Below the pieces are notes generated by a model, which saw nothing but the letters and a program-made list of their open reading frames with translations, ran no database searches and was not told where the DNA came from. From sequence record SRR22947727_617: DNA of 34,156 nucleotides. One strand, 5' to 3'. Shown here one piece after another: positions 19,912-28,722 of the stretch (position 1 is its first letter; every line of letters begins with the position of its first letter). Both the position numbers and the translations under genes were made by a program.

Positions 19912-19930
19912 GATAGAAACGAGAGATTCA

Positions 19931-20371
19931 ATGACAAAAATCATTTACATCATAAATGGACCTAACTTAAATTTATTAGGCACAAGGGAGCCAGAAATAT
20001 ATGGAAGATCAACCCTTAATGACATTGAAAAAGAATGTATAAAATATAGTAAAAACATAGGCTTAAACATAATATTTAAACAAAGTAATATAGAAGGTGA
20101 AATAGTTAATCTTATACAAAAGGCAGGAGATTTGGCATCGGGTTTAATTATAAATCCCGCTGCATATACTCACACATCAGTAGCCATTCATGACGCAATA
20201 AAAACACTGACAATTCCTTCTATAGAAATCCATTTGTCACAGCCAGCTAAACGTGAAAGTTTTAGAAATAAGTCATTTGTTGCAGAAGCAGTGAATGGAA
20301 CTATTAGTGGTTTTGGCTTAAATTCATATTTACTAGCTATTAAAGCTATAGATGATTTATTAAAAACCTAA
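19931..20371 (+). CDS. aroQ: Type II 3-dehydroquinate dehydratase
   Basis: NGPNLNLLGTREPEIYG, QSNIEG, NPAAYTHTSVAIHDA, EIHLS, RESFR; start at MTKII. Confidence 0.97.
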   Translation: MTKIIYIINGPNLNLLGTREPEIYGRSTLNDIEKECIKYSKNIGLNIIFKQSNIEGEIVNLIQKAGDLASGLIINPAAYTHTSVAIHDAIKTLTIPSIEIHLSQPAKRESFRNKSFVAEAVNGTISGFGLNSYLLAIKAIDDLLKT

Positions 20372-20389
20372 TATGGAGTCATAGATAAA

Positions 20390-20878
20390 ATGACAAAATC
20401 TAATTTAAAAACCACATTGAATTCTATTAAAATGGTACGAGAGCTAACAAAAATTCTTAATGAAAATGATCTTTCGCAAATAAAAATCGAAGAAGGAGAC
20501 ATCAAGATTGTACTATCAAGAAAAAGCCAATCATTATCTAACGGCTTTCAAGATGAAAAAAGTAAAATACAAGAAAATACAGAATCGTTAAATACAAAAA
20601 TTAATAAAAAAACTATAGAAGATATTAATGATCTTTCTTCTCAATTAGATGCCGTTAAATCGCCTATGGTGGGTACTGCATATACAAGACCCTCACCTGA
20701 TGCAGACCCCTTCGTAAAGGTTAACGATAAAGTTAAAGAAGGTGATACCATTATTTTAATAGAGGCAATGAAGACCTTCAATTCTATAACTGCTTCAAAA
20801 TCAGGTACAATTAGAAAAATTATCATAGAAAATGCAAAACCAGTTGAGTTTGGCGATCCACTATTCATCATAGAATAA
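20390..20878 (+). CDS. accB: Biotin carboxyl carrier protein
   Basis: SPMVGTAY, biotinylation motif EAMKTFN, PVEFGDPLF. Confidence 0.97.
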   Translation: MTKSNLKTTLNSIKMVRELTKILNENDLSQIKIEEGDIKIVLSRKSQSLSNGFQDEKSKIQENTESLNTKINKKTIEDINDLSSQLDAVKSPMVGTAYTRPSPDADPFVKVNDKVKEGDTIILIEAMKTFNSITASKSGTIRKIIIENAKPVEFGDPLFIIE

Positions 20879-20881
20879 ATT

Positions 20882-22252
20882 ATGCCTGGTTCAACAAAAT
20901 TCAAAAAAATATTGATCGCCAACAGAGGTGAAATAGCACTCAGAATTCACAGAGCTTGCAAAGAAATGGGTATTAATACTGTGGCGGTGTATTCGAAGGC
21001 AGATCGTGAGGCAATGCATGTAAGGTTAGCTGATGAAAGCGTTTGCATAGGACCAAATAGTGCAACAGAAAGCTACTTAAATATACCCGCCATTATAGCA
21101 GCTTGTGAAATTACTAATGCCGATGCTGTACACCCAGGATATGGCTTTTTATCTGAAAATGCAAGGTTTGCAGAAATTGTTGAAGCTCATGGAATGGAAT
21201 TCATCGGTCCCACAGCGAAGCACATACAGATAATGGGCGATAAAATAACTGCTAAAGATACAGTTAAAAAAGCTGGTATTCCAGTAGTTCCCGGTTCTAA
21301 TGGAGGAGTTTCATCGTATGATGAAGCTAAGAAAATTAGCGATAAATTAGGCTTTCCATTATTAGTTAAAGCTGCATCTGGCGGCGGTGGACGGGGCATG
21401 CGTCTCGCGAATAAAAGTGAAGATCTAGAAGAAGCAATTAATTCTGCTCAACAAGAAGCTATTGCGGCTTTTGGTGATGGCACTATTTATTTAGAAAAAT
21501 ACTTAACAAACCCTAGACACATAGAAATTCAAGTCCTCGCTGATAAACATGGAAATGTTGTACATCTTGGTGAAAGGGATTGCAGTCTACAAAGACGAAA
21601 TCAAAAGATACTTGAGGAAGCGCCCTCGCCTTGTTTATCTGCCAAAGAAAGAAACAAAATTGGAAGCATAGTAACAAGAGCAATAAAAAAAATAGGATAT
21701 CGTGGTGTAGGAACAGTAGAGTTTTTATTTGAGAAAGGAGAATTTTACTTCATAGAAATGAATACTCGTTTGCAAGTTGAACATCCGGTTACTGAAGAAA
21801 TTACCGGAATAGATCTAGTTAGAGAGCAAATACGCGTGGCATCTGGTTTACCGCTTAATTATGCGCAAAAAGATATAAAGCTTAAAGGTCACAGTATAGA
21901 GTGTCGAATAAATGCAGAAAATTCAAAAACATTTGTACCATGCCCTGGTAAAGTAATAGATTTTCATGCGCCCGGAGGAATGAATACCCGTTTTGATAGT
22001 GGCTTATATAGCGGTTATACTATTCCTCCTTATTATGATAGTTTAGTTGGTAAACTAATTGTTTGGGGAAATACTCGTGAAGGCGCACTATTTAGATTAA
22101 AAAGAGCTCTAGGAGAAACGGTCATAACAGGAGTTCAAACTACAAAAAAACTACATGAAGACTTACTAGACGATCCTGATTTCAAAAAAGGTGAATATGA
22201 TATTCATTGGCTTGAAGAGTGGCTTGATAAAAAAAAATCAAAATCTGATTAA
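20882..22252 (+). CDS. accC: Biotin carboxylase
   Basis: ILIANRGEIA, HPGYGFLSEN, GGGGRGM, ERDCSLQRR, EMNTRLQVEHPVTE, PYYDS. Confidence 0.98.
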   Translation: MPGSTKFKKILIANRGEIALRIHRACKEMGINTVAVYSKADREAMHVRLADESVCIGPNSATESYLNIPAIIAACEITNADAVHPGYGFLSENARFAEIVEAHGMEFIGPTAKHIQIMGDKITAKDTVKKAGIPVVPGSNGGVSSYDEAKKISDKLGFPLLVKAASGGGGRGMRLANKSEDLEEAINSAQQEAIAAFGDGTIYLEKYLTNPRHIEIQVLADKHGNVVHLGERDCSLQRRNQKILEEAPSPCLSAKERNKIGSIVTRAIKKIGYRGVGTVEFLFEKGEFYFIEMNTRLQVEHPVTEEITGIDLVREQIRVASGLPLNYAQKDIKLKGHSIECRINAENSKTFVPCPGKVIDFHAPGGMNTRFDSGLYSGYTIPPYYDSLVGKLIVWGNTREGALFRLKRALGETVITGVQTTKKLHEDLLDDPDFKKGEYDIHWLEEWLDKKKSKSD

Positions 22253-22257
22253 TTTAT

Positions 22258-23187
22258 TCAGAATCGTGGGCGTTGATATAACATTTGTCTAGGGGCATAA
22301 TTATCTCCTCTACGTAGAAAAGTTGAAAATAGAGCTAAGATAGATAAATAAACTTTTCTTATTATGCTGGAGCTTACCCTGGTAGACCAAATCTTTGGTC
22401 CTTGATTTTTTATTTTATTACCGATATCGCGATAAACGTAAAGAGCAGCAGACATTGCCCATGCACAACGAAACGGTAATGCCTCTATACCAACCTTTGA
22501 ACTTTTATAATATTCATCAGCTATACTTAATTGTGCTGATACCGCACGATGTAAGACAGCTAAGTTATTATGATCTATTAGCTCTTTAGCAGAGCCATTA
22601 ATAGCTGTATCTAAAAATAATGATTGTGGTAAAAAAACTCTATCAGCTTTAGCATCATCAATTACATCTCTTGCTATATTAGTTAATTGAAAAGCTATAC
22701 CTAAATCACATGCCCGATCCAATACAGCTTCATCTTTTACACCCATTATTTTTGCAATCATTATACCAACAACCCCAGCTACATAATAACTATAGTCAAG
22801 AACATCTTCAATAGTCCGGTAAACACGACAATTAGCATCCATAGAAAATCCCATTAATAGTTGCTCGGGATATTTATGCTCTATATCATTTTCATTAATG
22901 ACTTTTGCTAATCCATCGAATATTGGGTCATTCATAAATTTTCCAGATAGAGCTTCAGTAGTTTTTTTACTTAAATAACTCAAGCGGTCTAATTGCCCAT
23001 CCTTATAATTAGATAATTGCCCATGACCCATTTCTTGACCATCAATTATGTCATCACAATACCTGCACCATGCATAAAGCATTGCGACAGAATCTCTATA
23101 GCGTTTTGGTAAAAACCTTGAGGCTAAAGCAAATGATTTAGATCCCTGATTAATACTTTTGTAAGCCTGCTCTGTTATAACATCCAT
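22258..23187 (-). CDS. crtB: Phytoene synthase
   Basis: GSKSFALAS, LYAWCRYCDDIIDG, YYVAGVVG, LGIAFQLTNIARDVIDD. Confidence 0.96.
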   Translation of the reverse strand: MDVITEQAYKSINQGSKSFALASRFLPKRYRDSVAMLYAWCRYCDDIIDGQEMGHGQLSNYKDGQLDRLSYLSKKTTEALSGKFMNDPIFDGLAKVINENDIEHKYPEQLLMGFSMDANCRVYRTIEDVLDYSYYVAGVVGIMIAKIMGVKDEAVLDRACDLGIAFQLTNIARDVIDDAKADRVFLPQSLFLDTAINGSAKELIDHNNLAVLHRAVSAQLSIADEYYKSSKVGIEALPFRCAWAMSAALYVYRDIGNKIKNQGPKIWSTRVSSSIIRKVYLSILALFSTFLRRGDNYAPRQMLYQRPRF

Positions 23188-23217
23188 GTTTAAAGCAAAC
23201 TTCCATTTAAAATTAAA

Positions 23218-24747
23218 TTAATTAAAAAAATCATCACTTATAACTCCTGAAGTTGCTTTAGCAGCTCCTATAACACCAGGAAGACCTGCCCCTGGGTGAG
23301 TTCCGGCTCCAGTAATATACATATTAGTTAACACGTCATCACGATTATGAGGTCTAAACCATGCAGATTGCGTTAATATAGGTTCAACAGAAAATGCACT
23401 TCCTAAGTGAGAATTCATAATATCTCTAAATCCAAATGGAGTGAGTGTATGTAAAACTTCTAAGTTTTTATTTAAATTTGGTATCGCGTGCTCTTCTAAA
23501 TAATCAAGTATTTTTTTAGTATATGATGGCCCAACATCATCCCAATCAATATTTGCATTTCCTAAATGAGGAACTGGCGCTAAAACATAATATGAAGACT
23601 TTCCATCTGGAGCCATAGATTTATCTGTAACGCAAGGTGCATGAAGGTATAATGAAAAGTCATCAGAAAGCTTTCCACCTTTCCCAAATATTTCCGCTAT
23701 TAATTCCTTATATCTTTGACCAAAAAGAATTACATGGTGCTTTAATCCTTCGGGTGTTGGCTTTTTAAGACCAAAATAAATTACGAATAAAGACATAGAG
23801 TGACGTTTTTTACTTAATGAGTTTCCATATTTTAAACCTCTTGGATGCGATCTCAGCAACTTTCTATAAGTATGCACAACATCAGCATTGGATGCTACGA
23901 GATCCGAACTAAATAATTTTCCATTCTTCAAACTTACTCCGGTAACTTTATTTCCAGATGTTAATATCTCATCAACTTCGGAGTTGAGAATAACTTCTCC
24001 TCCTATATCCTTAAATAATGAAATTAAACCATTCACAAGAGAACCAGTACCACCTTGAGCAAACCATACTCCACCCTTTCTTTCAAGCGCATGTATCAAA
24101 GCATATATTGAACTTGTAGCGAAAGGATTACCACCAACTAACAATGATTGAAAAGATAATAACTGCCGGGTTTTTTCATTTTTTACAAACTTAGAAACTT
24201 GTTTATAGACACTTCTATCCGCTCTTAATCTCATCAACTGTGGTGCAGCAGCAAACATTTGACTTACCTTCAAGAAAGCAGTTGTGCCTAGTTTTTCATA
24301 ACCCTCCCTGTAAAGATCCTTGGAGTATTCAAGAAATTTACGATAACCCATTATATCTTTCGAGTTTCTTTCTCCAATTTGTTTTTCAAGAAATAATTGA
24401 TCGTTATTATAATCCAGGACCTGACCATCCTCCCATTGCAGTCTATAAAAAGGATCAACTGGTAATAACTTTACATAATCTTTCATTTCCTTACCACTAA
24501 CAGTAAATAACTCTTCGATACAATCAGGGTCTGTTATTACCGTCGGACCACCATCAAATTTATATCCATCAATTTCATAAACATATGCTCGCCCCCCAGG
24601 TTTATCCCGGTTATCAATCAATAAAGTTTGAAAACCCATGCTTTGCAAACGAATAGCCAATGAGATTCCTCCAAAGCCAGCACCAATAATTATTGCTCTT
24701 TTTTGACCTAAGTTATCAGTAAATAGCTCTTTACTATTTTTGTCCAT
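23218..24747 (-). CDS. crtI: Phytoene desaturase (CrtI-type)
   Basis: IGAGFGG, KPGGRAY, FDGGPTVIT, GGNPFATSSIY, EPILTQSAWFRPHN, GAGTHPGAGLPGV. Confidence 0.97.
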   Translation of the reverse strand: MDKNSKELFTDNLGQKRAIIIGAGFGGISLAIRLQSMGFQTLLIDNRDKPGGRAYVYEIDGYKFDGGPTVITDPDCIEELFTVSGKEMKDYVKLLPVDPFYRLQWEDGQVLDYNNDQLFLEKQIGERNSKDIMGYRKFLEYSKDLYREGYEKLGTTAFLKVSQMFAAAPQLMRLRADRSVYKQVSKFVKNEKTRQLLSFQSLLVGGNPFATSSIYALIHALERKGGVWFAQGGTGSLVNGLISLFKDIGGEVILNSEVDEILTSGNKVTGVSLKNGKLFSSDLVASNADVVHTYRKLLRSHPRGLKYGNSLSKKRHSMSLFVIYFGLKKPTPEGLKHHVILFGQRYKELIAEIFGKGGKLSDDFSLYLHAPCVTDKSMAPDGKSSYYVLAPVPHLGNANIDWDDVGPSYTKKILDYLEEHAIPNLNKNLEVLHTLTPFGFRDIMNSHLGSAFSVEPILTQSAWFRPHNRDDVLTNMYITGAGTHPGAGLPGVIGAAKATSGVISDDFFN

Positions 24748-24748
24748 T

Positions 24749-25975
24749 TTAGTCTCTTTTTGAATGTTCTCGGGCCATAAAAGCCCTTTCAGAAAAGTAA
24801 TATAACGCCTTATGTACGGGCACTGGAGGTTTTCCGATTAAAATACGCAACATATCTTTTTTATAAATATTTCCTGAGTAAAAACGTTTTATTAAATTTT
24901 CGGATAATGTATAAAATCTTTCAAGAACAAAATGTCTTTTAGATGATACAGCCGCTCTAAACAAAAGCCTATTTAGCAACCGAAAAAATTTATCTCTTTT
25001 ATATGTGTGGAGTTTATATTTTCTAATTTTTGAACTTATTTCCAGAGAATTATTTTTATTAGTTTCATTAATAAATGCACTTACTTTATCTGACAACCTA
25101 ACGGCTTCCGGCAAACTATAACCAGTTACTGGATGATAAAAGTTACCTCTCATACCTATTTTGATTGGCTCGTTATGTTTTGCTTCTAATTTTTCGATAA
25201 GTTTAATATCTACAGATAAGGCTATTGGTAAAATTCCTTTTTCTACTCTGATTACTTTATGTTCAATCCAGTTTTTTGTTTCTATGTATTCATTAATTCT
25301 TTTGTTATATTCACCTTCATGAAAATTGTTACCATCTGAATAATACGTATCCTCAATAAGAATCTTATTTTGACTAAAGGGTAAACAATAAATAAATCTA
25401 TAACCATCATACTGAGGTACAGTTGCATCCATAATTATAGGATATTTCAAACCATGAGGTTTTTTAGTCTCAATGGTGATACCATAAAATTTTTGAAAGC
25501 CTAGTTTTATACTCTTATCAAATGTGAACCCGCGCGCATCAAATATGTAATCACCAGTAATTTTTTTGCCATTACATATAATAACTTCAGAACTTGTCAT
25601 TTTAATGACTTTAGTATCTAAAATAAGTTTAAGTCTGCCTGATTTAATAAAAGGTTCAACACAAGCTCTTAAAGAATTACTGTTACCGGAGCAGTAAGGT
25701 ATATTTAACCTTCGTGAAGAACCGTTAAATTTCACATCATATTTTTCCCAAGTATGTTCAATAAATGGATTAAGCCACTTATGTAGAGAAGGATTAACAT
25801 CACTAATATTAAAAGACCAAGTATGGTCACCTCCAATAACGCTTTTCGAGTCAATAATAGTCACTGAGACCTGGGAGTTTGATGATAGGCATTTCCATGC
25901 TAACATTAGTCCTGATAAACCGGCGCCAGCTACTACCAATTTTACCTTATTGGTATCTTTGTCTATTGGTTCCAT
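24749..25975 (-). CDS. crtY: Lycopene beta-cyclase
   Basis: GAGLSG, GGDHTWSF, MDATVPQYDGYRFIYCLP, IEDTYY, HPVTGYSLP, RILIGKPPVP. Confidence 0.94.
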   Translation of the reverse strand: MEPIDKDTNKVKLVVAGAGLSGLMLAWKCLSSNSQVSVTIIDSKSVIGGDHTWSFNISDVNPSLHKWLNPFIEHTWEKYDVKFNGSSRRLNIPYCSGNSNSLRACVEPFIKSGRLKLILDTKVIKMTSSEVIICNGKKITGDYIFDARGFTFDKSIKLGFQKFYGITIETKKPHGLKYPIIMDATVPQYDGYRFIYCLPFSQNKILIEDTYYSDGNNFHEGEYNKRINEYIETKNWIEHKVIRVEKGILPIALSVDIKLIEKLEAKHNEPIKIGMRGNFYHPVTGYSLPEAVRLSDKVSAFINETNKNNSLEISSKIRKYKLHTYKRDKFFRLLNRLLFRAAVSSKRHFVLERFYTLSENLIKRFYSGNIYKKDMLRILIGKPPVPVHKALYYFSERAFMAREHSKRD

Positions 25976-26067
25976 TTTTTTACATTATCCATAATTACCA
26001 TTTTTAAAAATTTCGTTTTACTTTTTCCTAATTAGATAAAGAAGATAACTAATGTGGTAAACTTTTA

Positions 26068-26493
26068 TTAATTTTGATAAGAAATATCAGGCTTATAGTT
26101 TTCATCATGTTTAGCTAAAACTTCGGAAGCGTAAAAGGTAGTTTTTCCATTCATAAACCCAGAAATGATAACTCCCTGCCCTTCACGAAATAAATCAGGT
26201 AAAACACCCTTATAGATAACAAGTACTTCGTCTGTCATTTCCTTCTCAAAGTCTTCAATATTAAATTTTGTAATTATACCCTTCTCTCTTACAATTGATC
26301 CATTTTTGACTATACCACCAAGCCTGAAAGTCTTTGACTTGGGCTCAAAATTAATCTTTGTGATATCACTAGGGTTATAAAAAAATTGTGTATTTTCTTT
26401 TAAAGCTTGCAATAAAAGCCCAATACCAAGTATTAAAATTGTTCCAAAGAATAAAACAAGCTTTATTCTTTTTTTATGTTTAGGTCTTATCAT
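26068..26493 (-). CDS. ccmE: Heme chaperone CcmE
   Basis: N-terminal TM, FFYNPS, RLGG.V..GS, YKGVLPDLFREGQG, heme-binding LAKHDENY. Confidence 0.97.
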   Translation of the reverse strand: MIRPKHKKRIKLVLFFGTILILGIGLLLQALKENTQFFYNPSDITKINFEPKSKTFRLGGIVKNGSIVREKGIITKFNIEDFEKEMTDEVLVIYKGVLPDLFREGQGVIISGFMNGKTTFYASEVLAKHDENYKPDISYQN

Positions 26494-26579
26494 GCTTTAC
26501 TGTCCAAACTGTCGCTTTGTAATTAACCACACATGTATGCTAAAACAAGGTTAAATAAATAACATATTGATAAAAGAAA

Positions 26580-27218
26580 ATGAAAAACCTTTTCCCGTTT
26601 ATTAAAAAAGAAATTAAGATTGAGATTAATAACTTATCAGTATCTCGAGGCAATCAAGTGCTATTTGATAATTTAACAAGCCTTATAACAAATCATGACA
26701 TTGTTATAGTAAGAGGCGACAATGGTATAGGTAAGACTTCATTATTAGAGGCAATATCTGGTTTGTTAACGCCTTCGATTGGTGGGGTTAAAATATACAG
26801 TTCTGGAAATAAAAAATATTCAAATGAGATAATAGCATACCAACCAAGCTCCAGTTATTGTAAACCCCTATTGACTATAAAAGAGGATTTAAGTTTTTGG
26901 GCAAATATCTACAGTAATGATAAATTAGTTGATGATGTAATCAGATCTGTAGAATTACAGAATATTTCAAATTTACAAACACAAAGCCTATCAACAGGTC
27001 AAAAAAAGCGTTTGGAAATAGCAAAAGTTATAATTAGTCAAAAACCAGTTTGGATATTTGATGAACCCTATGCTGGCATGGATAACAATGGAGTAAACCT
27101 CATTGATACTATATTAAAATCCCATGTTAATAGAGGTGGAATTGCTATATTGGCCTCACATAAACAAATCGAAAAAGTAAAGTTACATACACAAATTATT
27201 ACTATGAAAGCAGCCTAG
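26580..27218 (+). CDS. ccmA: Heme ABC exporter ATPase CcmA
   Basis: Walker A GDNGIGKT, LSTGQKKR, WIFDEP, ASH; precedes ccmBC. Confidence 0.93.
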   Translation: MKNLFPFIKKEIKIEINNLSVSRGNQVLFDNLTSLITNHDIVIVRGDNGIGKTSLLEAISGLLTPSIGGVKIYSSGNKKYSNEIIAYQPSSSYCKPLLTIKEDLSFWANIYSNDKLVDDVIRSVELQNISNLQTQSLSTGQKKRLEIAKVIISQKPVWIFDEPYAGMDNNGVNLIDTILKSHVNRGGIAILASHKQIEKVKLHTQIITMKAA

Positions 27219-27877
27219 TGATATATAATGTAGTTAAACGCGATCTTATCATTGCAAGTAGGTCCGGAGGAAGTGCATTTCATGGTTTAATTTTTTTTGG
27301 TTTATTCATCTCTTTAGTATCAATATCTCTTGGTGGTACAAATGACGTTTTAAATCCTTTATCACCCGCTATAATATGGCTAGCTATAATTTTTTCTACA
27401 ATGTTATCCTATCCGAATATTTTCCAAGAAGATTTCAAAGATGGGAATTTATTACAACTTAAATTATCTGGTATGTCCTCGTTGGATATATGTATCGCAA
27501 AATCTGTAAGTTTCTCAATACAATCGATTTTTCCATTATTATTATCAGTACCAATCGCAGCTATATTGTTAAATATGGCTTTTATTGATATCAAGAAGAT
27601 ACTGATAACGTTGATTATAGCTACTCCTGGGCTGACTGTTTATGGTGTACTATCTAGTGCTATTATGGCAAAAATACGTGGTGGAACCTTTTTTATTGTT
27701 TTAATAACTTCTCCCTTTTTAATTCCGCTATTGATATTTGGACTTGAAAATATGAATAGCGCTACTGAAATAAAAATATTTACCACTGAACTGCGGGTGC
27801 TGATAGGTTTAAGCCTTATTTCTACTGCAATTGGATTACCTGCATCAGCGGCGGCATTAAACACTAACATGGAATAA
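27218..27877 (+). CDS. ccmB: Heme exporter permease CcmB
   Basis: VKRDL, PAIIWLA, FQEDFKDGNL, PFLIPLLIFG, about 6 TM segments; GTG start overlapping the ccmA stop. Confidence 0.92.
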   Translation: MIYNVVKRDLIIASRSGGSAFHGLIFFGLFISLVSISLGGTNDVLNPLSPAIIWLAIIFSTMLSYPNIFQEDFKDGNLLQLKLSGMSSLDICIAKSVSFSIQSIFPLLLSVPIAAILLNMAFIDIKKILITLIIATPGLTVYGVLSSAIMAKIRGGTFFIVLITSPFLIPLLIFGLENMNSATEIKIFTTELRVLIGLSLISTAIGLPASAAALNTNME

Positions 27878-27880
27878 GCT

Positions 27881-28615
27881 ATGATAAGTTACCTTGCAAA
27901 TCCTAGTAGATACCTTAAATTATCTAAAATTGTTACTCCCTTTATTGGCTGGGCAACGTTTCTTACACTGCTAACGGCATTATATTATGCACTAGTTAAA
28001 AGCCCCCCGGCAGTTGAGCATGGTCAATCAGTCCGAATGATGTACACCCATGTTCCCGCGGCTTGGTGCTCATTATTAGCTTATACCTGTCTAACCGTTG
28101 CTAGCATATTTAGTTTTATCTGGAGACACCCTTTAGCTGATAGTGCTGCCAAAAGCATTGCAACCCCAGGATTAGCATTCACATTTCTAGCTCTCATAAC
28201 AGGTAGTCTTTGGGGTAAACCGGCATGGGGAACTTGGTGGCAATGGGATGGACGAATGACATCAGTCTTAATTTTGTTCTTTATATATATAGGTTACTTA
28301 GCCGTATGGAATGTGGTAGCTGAGAGAAAAAAAGCAGCAAGGTTAGCATCCATAATAGCAATGGTTGGATTTATAAATATTCCAATAATAAAATTTTCAG
28401 TCGATTGGTGGAATACATTACATCAACCTGCAAGTATTTCATCTATAGGAGCACCAGGACTGCCGGTTGAAATATTAACTCCACTATTATTAATGTCTTT
28501 ATCCTATTCGATATTTTTTATGTGGCTAGTAATGAAGGGTATCGAAAAGGATATAATAAACATAAAAAAAAGAAAGAGTATTCCTTCAGCATTAACAGAG
28601 GTGGAAAATGTTTAA
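27881..28615 (+). CDS. ccmC: Heme exporter protein CcmC
   Basis: MYTHVPAAW, WWD domain GSLWGKPAWGTWWQWDGRMTS, SVDWWNTLHQ. Confidence 0.97.
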   Translation: MISYLANPSRYLKLSKIVTPFIGWATFLTLLTALYYALVKSPPAVEHGQSVRMMYTHVPAAWCSLLAYTCLTVASIFSFIWRHPLADSAAKSIATPGLAFTFLALITGSLWGKPAWGTWWQWDGRMTSVLILFFIYIGYLAVWNVVAERKKAARLASIIAMVGFINIPIIKFSVDWWNTLHQPASISSIGAPGLPVEILTPLLLMSLSYSIFFMWLVMKGIEKDIINIKKRKSIPSALTEVENV

Positions 28616-28722
28616 TGTTTGAATTTGGTAAAAACGCTATTTATATCTGGAGCTGCTATGGTGTTACATTAGTAACATTCTTTTTATTGACTTATGATGC
28701 AAAAAAAGGTTCGAAAAAATGA
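28615..28722 (+). CDS. ccmD: Heme exporter protein CcmD (35 aa)
   Basis: ATG overlaps the ccmC stop (TAATG), with GAGGTGG upstream. MFEFGKNAIYIWSCYGVTLVTFFLLTYDAKKGSKK has the G..A.YIW..YG.T pattern, one TM and a basic tail. Confidence 0.8.
   Translation: MFEFGKNAIYIWSCYGVTLVTFFLLTYDAKKGSKK

Noticed and set aside
22258..25975. crt genes as a recently acquired island or photosynthesis gene cluster
   Set aside because: No integrase, IS, tRNA or flanking repeats, no visible compositional shift, and no bch/puf genes.
25976..26002. Upstream ATGs out of frame with crtY across an A-run, suggesting a frameshift
   Set aside because: crtY is already complete from 25975 with its GxGxxG motif near the N-terminus; GGATAA upstream may serve as the RBS.
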